Origin: Candidatus Eiseniibacteriota bacterium
Lineage (GTDB): Bacteria; Eisenbacteria; RBG-16-71-46; CAVPCR01
Assembly (NCBI GenBank): GCA_963702435.1
Contig: CAVPCR010000005.1
Coordinates: 320,001 to 384,000 of the forward strand
Length of the DNA stretch: 64,000 nt
Reading direction: 5' to 3'
Made by a program: the position numbers and the translations under genes. Each line of letters opens with the position of its first letter. Position 1 is the stretch's first letter. Shown in pieces: positions 1 to 8,771 of the stretch. The notes below the pieces were generated by a model that was not told where the DNA came from, made no database searches, and saw nothing but the letters and a program-made list of their open reading frames with translations.

Positions 1-904
1 GATCGCCGAGCAGGGTGAACGAGGGCATCCCGAATCCGGTCTGCCAGAAGTTCTCGACGAGCGCGAACTTCTTGAACGGATAGGGCCCGAGGAGATCCCG
101 GTAGAGGTCGAGGTAGTCGGCGGTGGCCCCGAGATAGCGCTCGGCGAGCTCCGGGTCGTCCGCATAGAGGAAGGTCTGGATGAGCACGCCGGAATGATCG
201 CGCTCGGTCACGACATAGCGCCCGGCGATCAGGTAGATCTCCTCCTGCGGATGGTCGCAGGTCCAGGTCTCGATCGTCGCGCCGCTGCTCGCCGGGGCGC
301 GCGCCACCACGCCCTGGCTCATCGAACGATAGCCGGGCGGGAGCTCGGCGGCGACCCGGAAGCCGAAGAGAGAGCCCGGATAGTCGGGCACCCAGGCGCT
401 CGACCCGGCGAGGAAGATACCGAGCGAGTCGACGAGGCCGTTCGAATCCTCGAAGCTCCGGGCGTACTCCTGCTCGGGAGCTGCGGGGCGATCGTCGATC
501 ACTCCGGCATAGCTCACCTCGAGGACCGCGTTCCCGGCACGGCGCGGCGGCAGATCGAGGCGGACGAAGCGGGCCGGCGCACCGCCCCAGTCGGACATCC
601 GGACCGTGGTGTCCGGATCGACGAAGGCCACGGCCTTGCCGTCGAGCCGGATCGACTCGAGCACGAGCGACCGCGCGAGGAAGAAACCCGCCGGCAGCGT
701 GTCGGTGCGCGCCGGCGCGCCGAGCGTCATGCGATCGGTGGCGCGGAGGCGGCGCGCGGCGAGGTCGAAAGACACCGTGACGTCGTGGCGCGCGATGGAC
801 GCGACGGCCGGAGCCGGCCGGGCGGCGGCGACGACGAGAGCGAAGAGACAGAGCATTGCGCGAATCACGCGCCCGCTGGCACGCGCTTCCATGGTCGCCT
901 TCAT
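1..904 (-). CDS. M1-family aminopeptidase-like secreted protein (N-terminal part; runs off the window edge)
   Basis: My own translation (absent from the ORF track): MKATMEARASGRVIRAMLCLFALVVAAA signal peptide ... YLGATADYLDLYRDLLGPYPFKKFALVENFWQTGFGMPSFTLLGD, typical of the M1 region just before HEXXH. AGAAGGA RBS upstream of the ATG at 904. Confidence 0.8.
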   Translation of the reverse strand, partial: MKATMEARASGRVIRAMLCLFALVVAAARPAPAVASIARHDVTVSFDLAARRLRATDRMTLGAPARTDTLPAGFFLARSLVLESIRLDGKAVAFVDPDTTVRMSDWGGAPARFVRLDLPPRRAGNAVLEVSYAGVIDDRPAAPEQEYARSFEDSNGLVDSLGIFLAGSSAWVPDYPGSLFGFRVAAELPPGYRSMSQGVVARAPASSGATIETWTCDHPQEEIYLIAGRYVVTERDHSGVLIQTFLYADDPELAERYLGATADYLDLYRDLLGPYPFKKFALVENFWQTGFGMPSFTLLGD

Positions 905-915
905 GCGTGTTCCTT

Positions 916-3696
916 CTAGCGGGCCACGGCCGTGATCAAGGGGGCCGGGGCGAAGTAGGCGGCCGCCACGCGGCGCACGTCCGCGGCGGTCACCTGAGTG
1001 AGCGATGGGACCTGGCCGGCTGCGGCGCCGGACGGCGCGGTCCACAGCGCATCCAGACAGAGATTCATGGCCTGGTTGATCCGGCTCACGCGCCGCATGC
1101 GGAGCCGCCCGACGTGGCTCTTCACCACTTTGGTCACTTCCGCGGCGGCAACATCGCCGGCGGCGAGTCCGCGGATCCCGTCGGCGAGCCCGGCCTCCGC
1201 GCGCGGCAGGTTCTCGGGACGAGTGCCCATGCCCGCCGCGATCCAGCCGCGATCGCCCCGCTGGCCGTACTGAGCGCCGATCGCATAGGCGAGCCCCTGC
1301 CGCTCGCGCAGCTCGAACGCCAGGCGGTCGGAGAGAATGAGGCTCGCCACCTCGAGCGCAGCTCCGTCGCCGGGCGCCACCGGAAAGACGCTGCCGACCC
1401 GGATCCACGACTGCTCGCGCCCGACGGTCGTTTCCTCGCGCGCGGGGGCGGCGGTGGGCACCGGCACGAGATCGGCGGCCGTGACGCAGGGGGTGCCGCG
1501 CTCACCCGGAGCGCGGCCGGGGGCCGCCTGTCCGAACGCGTCCCGCACCGCCGCCTCGACCACGCGCGGCTCGAGGCCGGTGACGACGGCGACGACCAGG
1601 TTTGCCGGGGCGAAGTAACGCTCGTGGAACGCGCGCACGTCGTCTGCCGTGGCGGGGGCTAGGTCGGCCGCGGTGCCGAGCGCCGGCATCGCGCCGCGCG
1701 AACCGGGATAGAACCCGCGGCGAAGGAGCCGCTGCGATTCCTCGCTCGCACTCCGCGCGCGCCGCTCGGCGAGCGGGATGGCCTCCTTCTGCGCCGCGGC
1801 GAGCGCATCTTCGCCGAGCGCCGGCGCGAAGATCATCGCGCCGAGGACCACCAGCGCCTCGCGGTAGAAGCGATCTGCCGTCTCCAGGCGCACGAAGGAG
1901 TACTCGGTCGTCGTCTGGTAGTCGTCGTACGGGATGCCGGGCGCGTCGGTGACCTTGATTTGGAGGCCGGCTCGATCGATCTCGCGCGCCAGCTCGCCTT
2001 CCGACCACGGTCCGGCGCCGAGGAGGAGCATGCGATGGAGGAGGTCGGCGAGGCCGGAACGGCCCGCGGGTTCGCAGTAGGAACGCCCGCGCGCCGCGAG
2101 GTGCACCGCGAAGACATCGGAGTCGGGATTCGCGGTGAGCACCACGGTGAGCCCGTTGTCGAGGACGAAGGTCGACGGCTCGTGGGCGATCGCGGTCCGC
2201 GGCGCCGCGGCAGGGCCGAGGCGCGACGCGCGCACCTCCATTTCATGCGGATCACCGCTGTTTTCTGCCGAAGCGAAGGCCGGCCGCCCTGCTGCCGGGG
2301 CGGCGAGGCGGCGAGGATCTCCCTCGACGGCCCGCGGTGCGAGCCCGGGGCCGACCGCCGCAAGCGCCGCTCCGTCGCCCGCAGTCATGAGCGCTCCGGC
2401 CGCCCGCTGCACATCGGGGGCGCCGACCCGCGCCAGGGCCGCGCCCTCTTCGCTGACCACGGCGAGCGGTGCGTGCAGGAGGAGATCGGCCAGGGTGAAG
2501 GCGAAGTAGTGGATCTGCTCGGCGGCGAGCGCCGCGCTCACCTCCCGCTGCGTGCGCGCGAGCGCGAGCTCCACCTCCGGCACCGGTGTCGCGGCCAGCG
2601 CGGCGACCGCGCCGAGCAGCCGCGCCGCCACCGCCTCGTAACTCGTGGTCGAGTCGAAGACCGCCTCGATCTCGAGCGCGCTCCGCCCCGGCCCCACGCG
2701 CAAGCCCGCCCCCACCTCGCTCACCGCGAGCCGCGGGGCGGCGGCGAGGGCGAGCGCGAGCCGTCCTGAATCGCCGTTCAGGAGGTCCTCGAGGACGCGG
2801 AGCGCGGCGAACGCGCTGTCCGCGGGCGCGGCTCCGGGCAGGCGGAGGCGCAGGTGGACCTGATCGAGAGGCGCGGCCGTGATGAAGACGCCGCCCGCGC
2901 GCGGCGCCGGCGCCGGCGCCGGCGCCGACCCGGCCGGGGCGCCGCCGAAGTGGCGCTCGACCGCGGCGAGGAGCGCGGCCGGCGCGAAATCGCCGAGCAC
3001 GAGGAGAGTCATGTTGGACGGCACATAGCAGGTCCGGTAGTAGGCGAGAACGTCGTCGCGCCGCATCGCCCGGATCGATTCGACCGTGCCGAGGATGGGC
3101 AGGGCGTCGGCGGTGCCGGCGGCCAGCAGCCGATCGAGCTCCTCGTTCGCGCGGCGGTCGGCGCTCGCGGCGTCCTTCCCCATCTCCTCGATGATGATGC
3201 CGCGCTCCTTCTCGAACTTGTCGGCGGGGAGCGTCGAGTTGAGCAGCATGTCGGCCTGGATCTCGAGCGCGGGATCGAGGTCCTCGCCGGCGACGACCAT
3301 GAGATAGGCGACATGATCGCGGCGCGCGGTGGCGTTCGAGTAGGCGCCGAGGAGGTCGGTGTCGCGGTAGAGCTCCTCCTGCGTGCGCTTCCCGGTGCCG
3401 TTGAACAGGAGGTGCTCGAGGAAGTGCGCGGCGCCGTTCATGCCCGCGGTCTCGCGCGCGGCGCCGGCGCCGACGAGCACCGCCGAGGCGATGAGGCCCG
3501 ACGCGTGGCTCTCGCCGTAGACGACCCGGAGGCCGTTCGCGAGGCGGGTCTCGGCGAGCTCGACGGCGCGGGCCGCCGCCGGCTGGAGACCGATGAGCAG
3601 GACGAGGAGAACGGCGGCCGGCGCTGCACCGCGGCGGCGTGCGGAGCGGGTGCCGGCGAGCAGGGAGAACATCATGGTCCGGGGAGTATGCGCCAC
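916..3696 (-). CDS. M16 (insulinase/pitrilysin) family zinc peptidase, fused two-half form, secreted
   Basis: LANGLRVV and inverted Zn motif AHFLEH in the N-half; second LDNGLTVV module lacks HXXEH; signal peptide. Start could be ~3675. Confidence 0.9.
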   Translation of the reverse strand: MAHTPRTMMFSLLAGTRSARRRGAAPAAVLLVLLIGLQPAAARAVELAETRLANGLRVVYGESHASGLIASAVLVGAGAARETAGMNGAAHFLEHLLFNGTGKRTQEELYRDTDLLGAYSNATARRDHVAYLMVVAGEDLDPALEIQADMLLNSTLPADKFEKERGIIIEEMGKDAASADRRANEELDRLLAAGTADALPILGTVESIRAMRRDDVLAYYRTCYVPSNMTLLVLGDFAPAALLAAVERHFGGAPAGSAPAPAPAPRAGGVFITAAPLDQVHLRLRLPGAAPADSAFAALRVLEDLLNGDSGRLALALAAAPRLAVSEVGAGLRVGPGRSALEIEAVFDSTTSYEAVAARLLGAVAALAATPVPEVELALARTQREVSAALAAEQIHYFAFTLADLLLHAPLAVVSEEGAALARVGAPDVQRAAGALMTAGDGAALAAVGPGLAPRAVEGDPRRLAAPAAGRPAFASAENSGDPHEMEVRASRLGPAAAPRTAIAHEPSTFVLDNGLTVVLTANPDSDVFAVHLAARGRSYCEPAGRSGLADLLHRMLLLGAGPWSEGELAREIDRAGLQIKVTDAPGIPYDDYQTTTEYSFVRLETADRFYREALVVLGAMIFAPALGEDALAAAQKEAIPLAERRARSASEESQRLLRRGFYPGSRGAMPALGTAADLAPATADDVRAFHERYFAPANLVVAVVTGLEPRVVEAAVRDAFGQAAPGRAPGERGTPCVTAADLVPVPTAAPAREETTVGREQSWIRVGSVFPVAPGDGAALEVASLILSDRLAFELRERQGLAYAIGAQYGQRGDRGWIAAGMGTRPENLPRAEAGLADGIRGLAAGDVAAAEVTKVVKSHVGRLRMRRVSRINQAMNLCLDALWTAPSGAAAGQVPSLTQVTAADVRRVAAAYFAPAPLITAVAR

Positions 3697-3746
3697 GAAC
3701 GCCCTCCGCGGGAAGACGGGAACGCGGCCCGCGCGACCCGGTGGAT

Positions 3747-3775
3747 TTGACCGCCGTCTCCGGCTCCGCTAGGCT
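3747..3775 (+). promoter_or_regulatory. Putative sigma70 promoter for the bacterioferritin-like gene
   Basis: TTGACC-17 nt-TAGGCT in the divergent intergenic region. Confidence 0.5.
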
Positions 3776-3941
3776 CCCGGGTCCGTTGTTCCGCGGCGCC
3801 CGGCGCCGGCGGACCGCGCCGGGCGAGGATCGGCCGGCCCATCGCCGCGCGACGGAAGCGAGTCGCCCCCTCGCGCACAGGACGTGTGGCGCTCCGAGCA
3901 CCGGAGCGCCGGAGCACTACGGCCGCGAAAAGGAGAGCAGC

Positions 3942-4367
3942 ATGGCGAGCGCCAACCCCAAGATCGTCGATTGCCTGCACCAGATCTTCCAGGGCGAGAT
4001 GGCCGGCATCATCCGCTACCTGCACTACTCGTTCATGGTGATGGGGCACAGCCGCATACCGATCCAGCAGTGGTTTCGCGACCAGGCCCAGGAGAGCATG
4101 ACGCACGCGGTCCAGATCGGCGAGAAGATCACCGCGCTCGGCGGCCATCCCTCGGTCGTCTCGGCCCAGATCGAGGAGACCAACATGCACTCGGTCGACC
4201 AGATCCTCAATGAGAGCCTGGTGCACGAGGAGAAGGTCCTCGAGCTCTACAAGAAGCTCGCCAAGCTCGCCGGCGATGACATGGCCCTCGAGGACATGGC
4301 GCGCGGATTCGTCCGCCTGGAGACCGAGCACGTCGAGGAAGTGAAGAAGATGCTGCGCGGGAACTAG
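3942..4367 (+). CDS. Bacterioferritin / ferritin-like protein
   Basis: 141 aa; EMAGIIRYLHYS, QESMTHA, HEEKVLELY and ETEH four-helix ferritin motifs; AGGAG RBS. Confidence 0.85.
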   Translation: MASANPKIVDCLHQIFQGEMAGIIRYLHYSFMVMGHSRIPIQQWFRDQAQESMTHAVQIGEKITALGGHPSVVSAQIEETNMHSVDQILNESLVHEEKVLELYKKLAKLAGDDMALEDMARGFVRLETEHVEEVKKMLRGN

Positions 4368-4464
4368 CTGCTGGTGGTTCCCGCGGGCAGGGCGGGGCGG
4401 CGCGGCGCGGGCGGGACGCCTCATCGCCGCCGGCTCGCGGCGGTGCGGTCAACGGCCGGCCGGC

Positions 4465-5823
4465 CTAGTCCTGGCCGTACGACTTGAGCTTCCGGTAGAG
4501 CGTCTTGCGGTCGAGCCCGAGCACGGTGGCCGCTTGTGTGCGGCTCCCCCCGGCCTCCTTGAGCACTTCGAGGATGTAGAGCCGCTCGAGCTCGGCGAGG
4601 GTCAGGTGGGCGACCGTCGCCCGCCCGATGAACGAACGCTCGCGGTCCTGGTTGCGGAGCCGCGGCGGCAGCGATTCGACCCCCACCTCGGGACCGTTGG
4701 CCAGCGCCAGCGCGTGCCGCATCACGTTGTCGAGTTCGCGCACGTTCCCGGGCCACGAGTAGTCGAGGAGAATGCGCCGCACGTCCGAGCTCAGCACCGG
4801 CGGCCGCGCGTTATGTTCGGCAGCGGCGCGGGTGAGGAGCTCCTCGGCGAGGAGCAGGATGTCCTCGCGCCGGTCCCTGAGCGGCGGCACCTCGATGTGC
4901 AGGACGCTCAGCCGGTAGTAGAGATCCTCGCGCAGGCGGCCCTCTCCCATCTCCTCCTCGGGGTTCCGGTTGGTGGCCGCGATGACCCGCACGTCCACCT
5001 TGGTCGCCTTGGACTGGCCGAGCGGGCGCACCTCACCGTCCTGCAGCACGCGGAGGAGCTTGGCCTGCAGCCCCGAGGACATCTCGGCCACTTCATCGAG
5101 GAAGACCGTGCCGCCGTGCGCGGCGGTGAACAACCCGCGCCGGTCGGTCTGCGCTCCGGTGAAAGCGCCGCGGATGTAACCGAACAGCTCGCTCTCGAGC
5201 AGCGTCTCCGGGATGGCGGCGCAGTTGATGGGCAGGAAAGGGGCCTCGGCGCGCGGGCTCGCCCCGTGGATGGAGCGGGCCACCACCTCCTTGCCGACGC
5301 CGCTCTCGCCGGTGATGAGCACGTTGGCGTTGGCCGCGGCCACCCGGCCGATGAGATCGCGGAGCCGGGCGACGGCGGGGCTCCGGCCGACGAGCCGGGC
5401 AGCCGCTCCTTCCTCGCCGAGCTTGCGGCGGAGCTCCCGCACTTCGTGCTCGAGCTCGCGGTGCTCGAGAGCGCGCCGGGCGGAGAGGGACAGCGCTTCG
5501 AGCGGAAACGGCTTCGTGATGTAGTCGACGGCGCCGAGCTTCATCGCCTTCACCGCCGAATCGAGCGTGCCGAAGGCGGTGATGATGATGATCGGGAGCT
5601 GCGGCCGGGCCCGCAGGAACTCGGGCAGCATGTCGGTCACCACCGTCTCTCCCAGACGCAGATCGGTGACCATGAGATCGCAGGGCGTGCGCTCGATATG
5701 ATGCAGCGCTTCCTCCGCGCTCAGAACGTAGGACGGCCTGAGCTTCTCGCGCGTCAGGTGCTCCGAGAGGAGAAGACACATCTCCTCGTCATCGTCGACG
5801 ATCAGGACGTCCCAGTTCGGCAC
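4465..5823 (-). CDS. Sigma54-dependent response regulator (NtrC family: REC-AAA+-Fis HTH)
   Basis: VLIVDDD receiver, GESGVGKE Walker A, GAFTGA, WPGNVREL, C-terminal HTH; GTG start at 5823 with AGGAGG RBS. Confidence 0.95.
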   Translation of the reverse strand: MPNWDVLIVDDDEEMCLLLSEHLTREKLRPSYVLSAEEALHHIERTPCDLMVTDLRLGETVVTDMLPEFLRARPQLPIIIITAFGTLDSAVKAMKLGAVDYITKPFPLEALSLSARRALEHRELEHEVRELRRKLGEEGAAARLVGRSPAVARLRDLIGRVAAANANVLITGESGVGKEVVARSIHGASPRAEAPFLPINCAAIPETLLESELFGYIRGAFTGAQTDRRGLFTAAHGGTVFLDEVAEMSSGLQAKLLRVLQDGEVRPLGQSKATKVDVRVIAATNRNPEEEMGEGRLREDLYYRLSVLHIEVPPLRDRREDILLLAEELLTRAAAEHNARPPVLSSDVRRILLDYSWPGNVRELDNVMRHALALANGPEVGVESLPPRLRNQDRERSFIGRATVAHLTLAELERLYILEVLKEAGGSRTQAATVLGLDRKTLYRKLKSYGQD

Positions 5824-7481
5824 GCCTCCTGCCCTCCCCTCTCCCCGGGCGCTGCATCGTTCATCACGCCGTTCTTCGCATCGTTTGCCGCATCGTTCAT
5901 CACGCCGTTCGCTGCATCGTTTGCCGCCGCCGCAGTCCCTGCTCCGTCCCCCAGCGGAATGCACACGCGGAAGGTCGCACCGAGGCCCGGCGTGCTCTCC
6001 ACCGTCGTCGTGCCGTCGTGCTCGCGCACGATGCTGCGCGAGATGAAGAGCCCGAGCCCCGTTGTTCCGCGGGTCGAGAAGAAGGGCTCGAATATCCGCT
6101 TCTGGATGTCCTCCGGGATGCCGGATCCGGTGTCGGTCACCGCGAACTCGATCGCCGGCCGACCCCGCAGCTCGGACCGCCGGGCGGCGAGTCGAAGCTC
6201 GCCCCCCTCCGCCATCGCCTGGATCCCGTTCACCGCCAGGTTCAGGAGCACCTGCATGAGCCCGTCGCGTTGCCCGTGCATCGGGGCGTCCCCGGCGGCG
6301 GCGTCCACCGTGAGGCGGATGCCCTGGCGCCGGCACTCGAGATCCACGAGCGCTGCGGCTTCGCGCAGGAGATCGTCGCCGGCGATCGGCTCGGAGATGG
6401 GCGGCGAGGAGCGCGACGCTGAGAGAAAGCGCTCGATCGTGCGCGTGATGCGATCGATCTGGGCGAGAATGATCTCCACCTCCCGCCGCGCTCCCTGGTG
6501 ATCGGTCACTTCACCCAGAAGAAACTCGGCGCGCCCGCGCAGCACCCCGAGCGGCGTTCCGACCTCGTGCGCGAGATTCGAGGTGAGCTGCCCGAGCGTC
6601 GCCATGCGATCGAAGCGACGGAGCCCGCGCTCGACCGAGAGGCGCTTCTCGGCCTCGCCGATCAGGGCCTCGCGTGAACGGGCGAGGTCCTCGGCCATGC
6701 GGTCGAACTCCCCGGCGAGCCGGCCGAGTTCATCGCCGCCGGCCTTCGCGGCAGGCGGCTCTCCGCTGATGGGCACCTCCTCCTCGACGGCCACCGCGGC
6801 GAGGGGATCCCCGGGATCGGGCCCCGGCGACGCCGCCGCCGCCGGGGCCCGGCCCGGGAAATCGGCGTGGCGGAGCGCCGCGACCTTCCGGATCAGACGG
6901 TCGATGGGACGCGAGACCGCGCGATTCACGATGAAGAAGACGAGCCCCGCCGTGAGCACGCTCGAGGCGACGAGCGTGATCAGGATGCCGAGCCGCTCGC
7001 GGCTCAGGTCCGCATCGAGATAGGCGGTCAGGTGGTACACGGCGAGCACCGCGCTGGGGCGCCCGCGGCGGTCGAGGAGCGGCACCGCGTAGGCGAACAC
7101 GCGCTCGCCGCCCACGTCGACCATGGCGTGCGCCGGCGCGAGATCCACGATCACCTGGTGCGGGTCGGGCACCGGCGGCCCCGAGAGCGGGGGCAGGCTC
7201 TGCGAGCGGATGAGGGGGCGGCCGTCGGGTTCGTAGATCGCCGCGCCGAGAATCCGCTGGTGGCCGAGGCCGTCGAGGAACTCCCGCACCTGGGTCGAAT
7301 CGTGGCGCACGAGCGCGAACTCGACGGCGGGTTGCAGGGTTGCCACCGTGATCCATGTCTCGCGCTTCATCCCGTCGAGGAGATCGCGCTTCTCCTCGCG
7401 GATCGCGAGCACCCCGAAGATGGAGGTGACGAGCACCGAGGCGGCGATCAGCGCGAAGCTCAGGCGGTAGCCGAGACGCAT
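5802..7481 (-). CDS. Membrane sensor histidine kinase (2 TM, HAMP, HisKA, HATPase)
   Basis: LAHEVGTPL H-box, NLAVNGIQA, DTGSGI, FEPFF and GTTGLGL motifs; overlaps the response regulator start. Confidence 0.95.
   Translation of the reverse strand: MRLGYRLSFALIAASVLVTSIFGVLAIREEKRDLLDGMKRETWITVATLQPAVEFALVRHDSTQVREFLDGLGHQRILGAAIYEPDGRPLIRSQSLPPLSGPPVPDPHQVIVDLAPAHAMVDVGGERVFAYAVPLLDRRGRPSAVLAVYHLTAYLDADLSRERLGILITLVASSVLTAGLVFFIVNRAVSRPIDRLIRKVAALRHADFPGRAPAAAASPGPDPGDPLAAVAVEEEVPISGEPPAAKAGGDELGRLAGEFDRMAEDLARSREALIGEAEKRLSVERGLRRFDRMATLGQLTSNLAHEVGTPLGVLRGRAEFLLGEVTDHQGARREVEIILAQIDRITRTIERFLSASRSSPPISEPIAGDDLLREAAALVDLECRRQGIRLTVDAAAGDAPMHGQRDGLMQVLLNLAVNGIQAMAEGGELRLAARRSELRGRPAIEFAVTDTGSGIPEDIQKRIFEPFFSTRGTTGLGLFISRSIVREHDGTTTVESTPGLGATFRVCIPLGDGAGTAAAANDAANGVMNDAANDAKNGVMNDAAPGERGGQEACRTGTS
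5854..5926. repeat. ~36-bp tandem duplication encoding (A/K)NGVMNDAAND in the kinase C-terminal tail
   Basis: gcatcgttcatcacgccgttc...gcatcgtttgcc occurs twice. Confidence 0.8.
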
Positions 7482-7624
7482 CAGGAGTCTTTGCGAAGGG
7501 CGATGGAGATCAACCGGTGGTCACCTGCGGCCGCTCCGGCGCGGGTCGCCGGGGGCGGGAACGTCGAGGCGAGTCTAGCAGGCACGCGGCTCGGATGGTC
7601 CGGGCGCGGGCTGCGATCGCGCAC

Positions 7625-7990
7625 TCCAAAGAGAAGCGGGGGCGCCGGCACGCCCCGGGGGATGGGCAGCTGCGTCTTTGCAGCTGCGCCGAGGCATGTG
7701 GCGCCCCCGCACAGGATCGATCGACTGTGGAGGGAGGAGGTGGCCCCGGAGCGCGCTCTCCGGGGCCCGGACAGTCAGAGCTTCCGGCCGGGCCGGATCA
7801 GACGGCTGAACCGGCACTTCCCGCGACGGGCAACGTGACCCCCGGAAACCGAGGGTCCCGGCCGGGCCGGCTCGAACGACCGAACCGGCTAGTCAAGATG
7901 GCGAGCCCCGTTGCGCGCGCCGCGCCATCCCCGGCCCTCAGGGGGTTCGCGGCAGCGTCGCCCCTTTGCGTGCGCAACACCGGGGCCCTG
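7625..7990 (-). ncRNA. Candidate structured non-coding RNA or long leader
   Basis: No credible ORF; successive hairpins, two 32-nt repeated stem-loops, CACCTCCTCCCTCC tract and a terminator-like hairpin; lies just downstream of a sigma54-type promoter. Confidence 0.45.
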
Positions 7991-8001
7991 CAATACCCCC
8001 T

Positions 8002-8017
8002 ATCAAGCATCATGCCA
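8002..8017 (-). promoter_or_regulatory. Sigma54-type -24/-12 promoter
   Basis: TGGCATGATGCTTGAT on the minus strand; correct spacing, with -12 GA instead of GC. Confidence 0.55.
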
Positions 8018-8034
8018 TGGCAGTCGTTACTGGA

Positions 8035-8059
8035 TAACTCATTATTATACAAGTGATTA
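8035..8059. promoter_or_regulatory. AT-rich IHF-like site
   Basis: TAACTCATTATTATACAAGTGATTA, an imperfect palindrome resembling WATCAANNNNTTR on both strands, between the promoter and the UAS. Confidence 0.45.
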
Positions 8060-8094
8060 GAATAAACGAAGCGTGCGATGAGCGGTCTCGCCGG

Positions 8095-8130
8095 CGGGGC
8101 ACAATGCCTCAATCGGGGACAATTGCCCCG
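8095..8130. promoter_or_regulatory. Tandem palindromic enhancer (UAS) sites for a sigma54 activator
   Basis: CGGGGCACAATGCCTCA (8095-8111) and CGGGGACAATTGCCCCG (8114-8130). Confidence 0.5.
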
Positions 8131-8162
8131 GCGGGGCAGGTCGCGAAGGCCACATGGAGGGG

Positions 8163-8600
8163 CTAGTTGTCGAGGGCGCCCTCGGCGATCCAGGTCCCGA
8201 TCAGCTCGATCTCATCGGCCGATAGGGGGCTCCCGCCGCGCGGCATTCGCTCCCCGGAGATCGGCTCTCCGTTCGGCCCCGATCCCTCGAGCTTCCAGAG
8301 CAGGTAGCTCGTGTCCGGGCGCGCGGGGACCACCTCCAGCATGCCGCGGCCCACGGCCTCGAAGCCCGGCCCGAACACCGACTCGTAGGTGAGCACGCTG
8401 TAGCCCGAATTGCCCGGGGATCCGTGACAGCCGGTGCAGCGCGCGAGGAGGGGCTGGACCTGGGCGGCGAAACTCACGCCGTCCGCGGGGGGGGGCGGCT
8501 CGATCGGGGCGTCGGGCTTCTCCGTGCACGCGGAGAAGAGGAGCGGGAACAAGAGAAGCCAGGTGCAGGCGAGGGCCGGGTGCGCGAATCGCTTGGGCAT
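8163..8600 (-). CDS. Lipoprotein c-type cytochrome domain protein (Planctomycete cytochrome c-like)
   Basis: Lipobox LFSAC, SFAAQVQPLL-CTGCH, VVPARPDTSYL, RMP...WIAEGA. Alternative start at 8615. Confidence 0.8.
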   Translation of the reverse strand: MPKRFAHPALACTWLLLFPLLFSACTEKPDAPIEPPPPADGVSFAAQVQPLLARCTGCHGSPGNSGYSVLTYESVFGPGFEAVGRGMLEVVPARPDTSYLLWKLEGSGPNGEPISGERMPRGGSPLSADEIELIGTWIAEGALDN

Positions 8601-8771
8601 CGTTACCTCGTCCATGAGCCACGAGTCCGCGACGGTGAGGCCGGCGGAAGCTTAGGCCCTCGGCGCGCGGGCGGTCAATCACGCGGCGCATGCTATCCTG
8701 CCCGGATTGGTCCGCTCGAGGACATGGTCCCGACCCCCTCCCACCCATTTCCTGCGTGAGGACCCGCCATC

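Noticed and set aside
7575..7817. 80-aa ORF in the kinase upstream region
   Set aside because: No family motif, low-complexity composition and weak start context; the region is better explained as structured RNA.
7925..7965. SRP RNA-like GCCGCGAACCCC stretch (minus strand)
   Set aside because: Lacks the conserved CAGG...GGAA...AGCAG domain IV motif.
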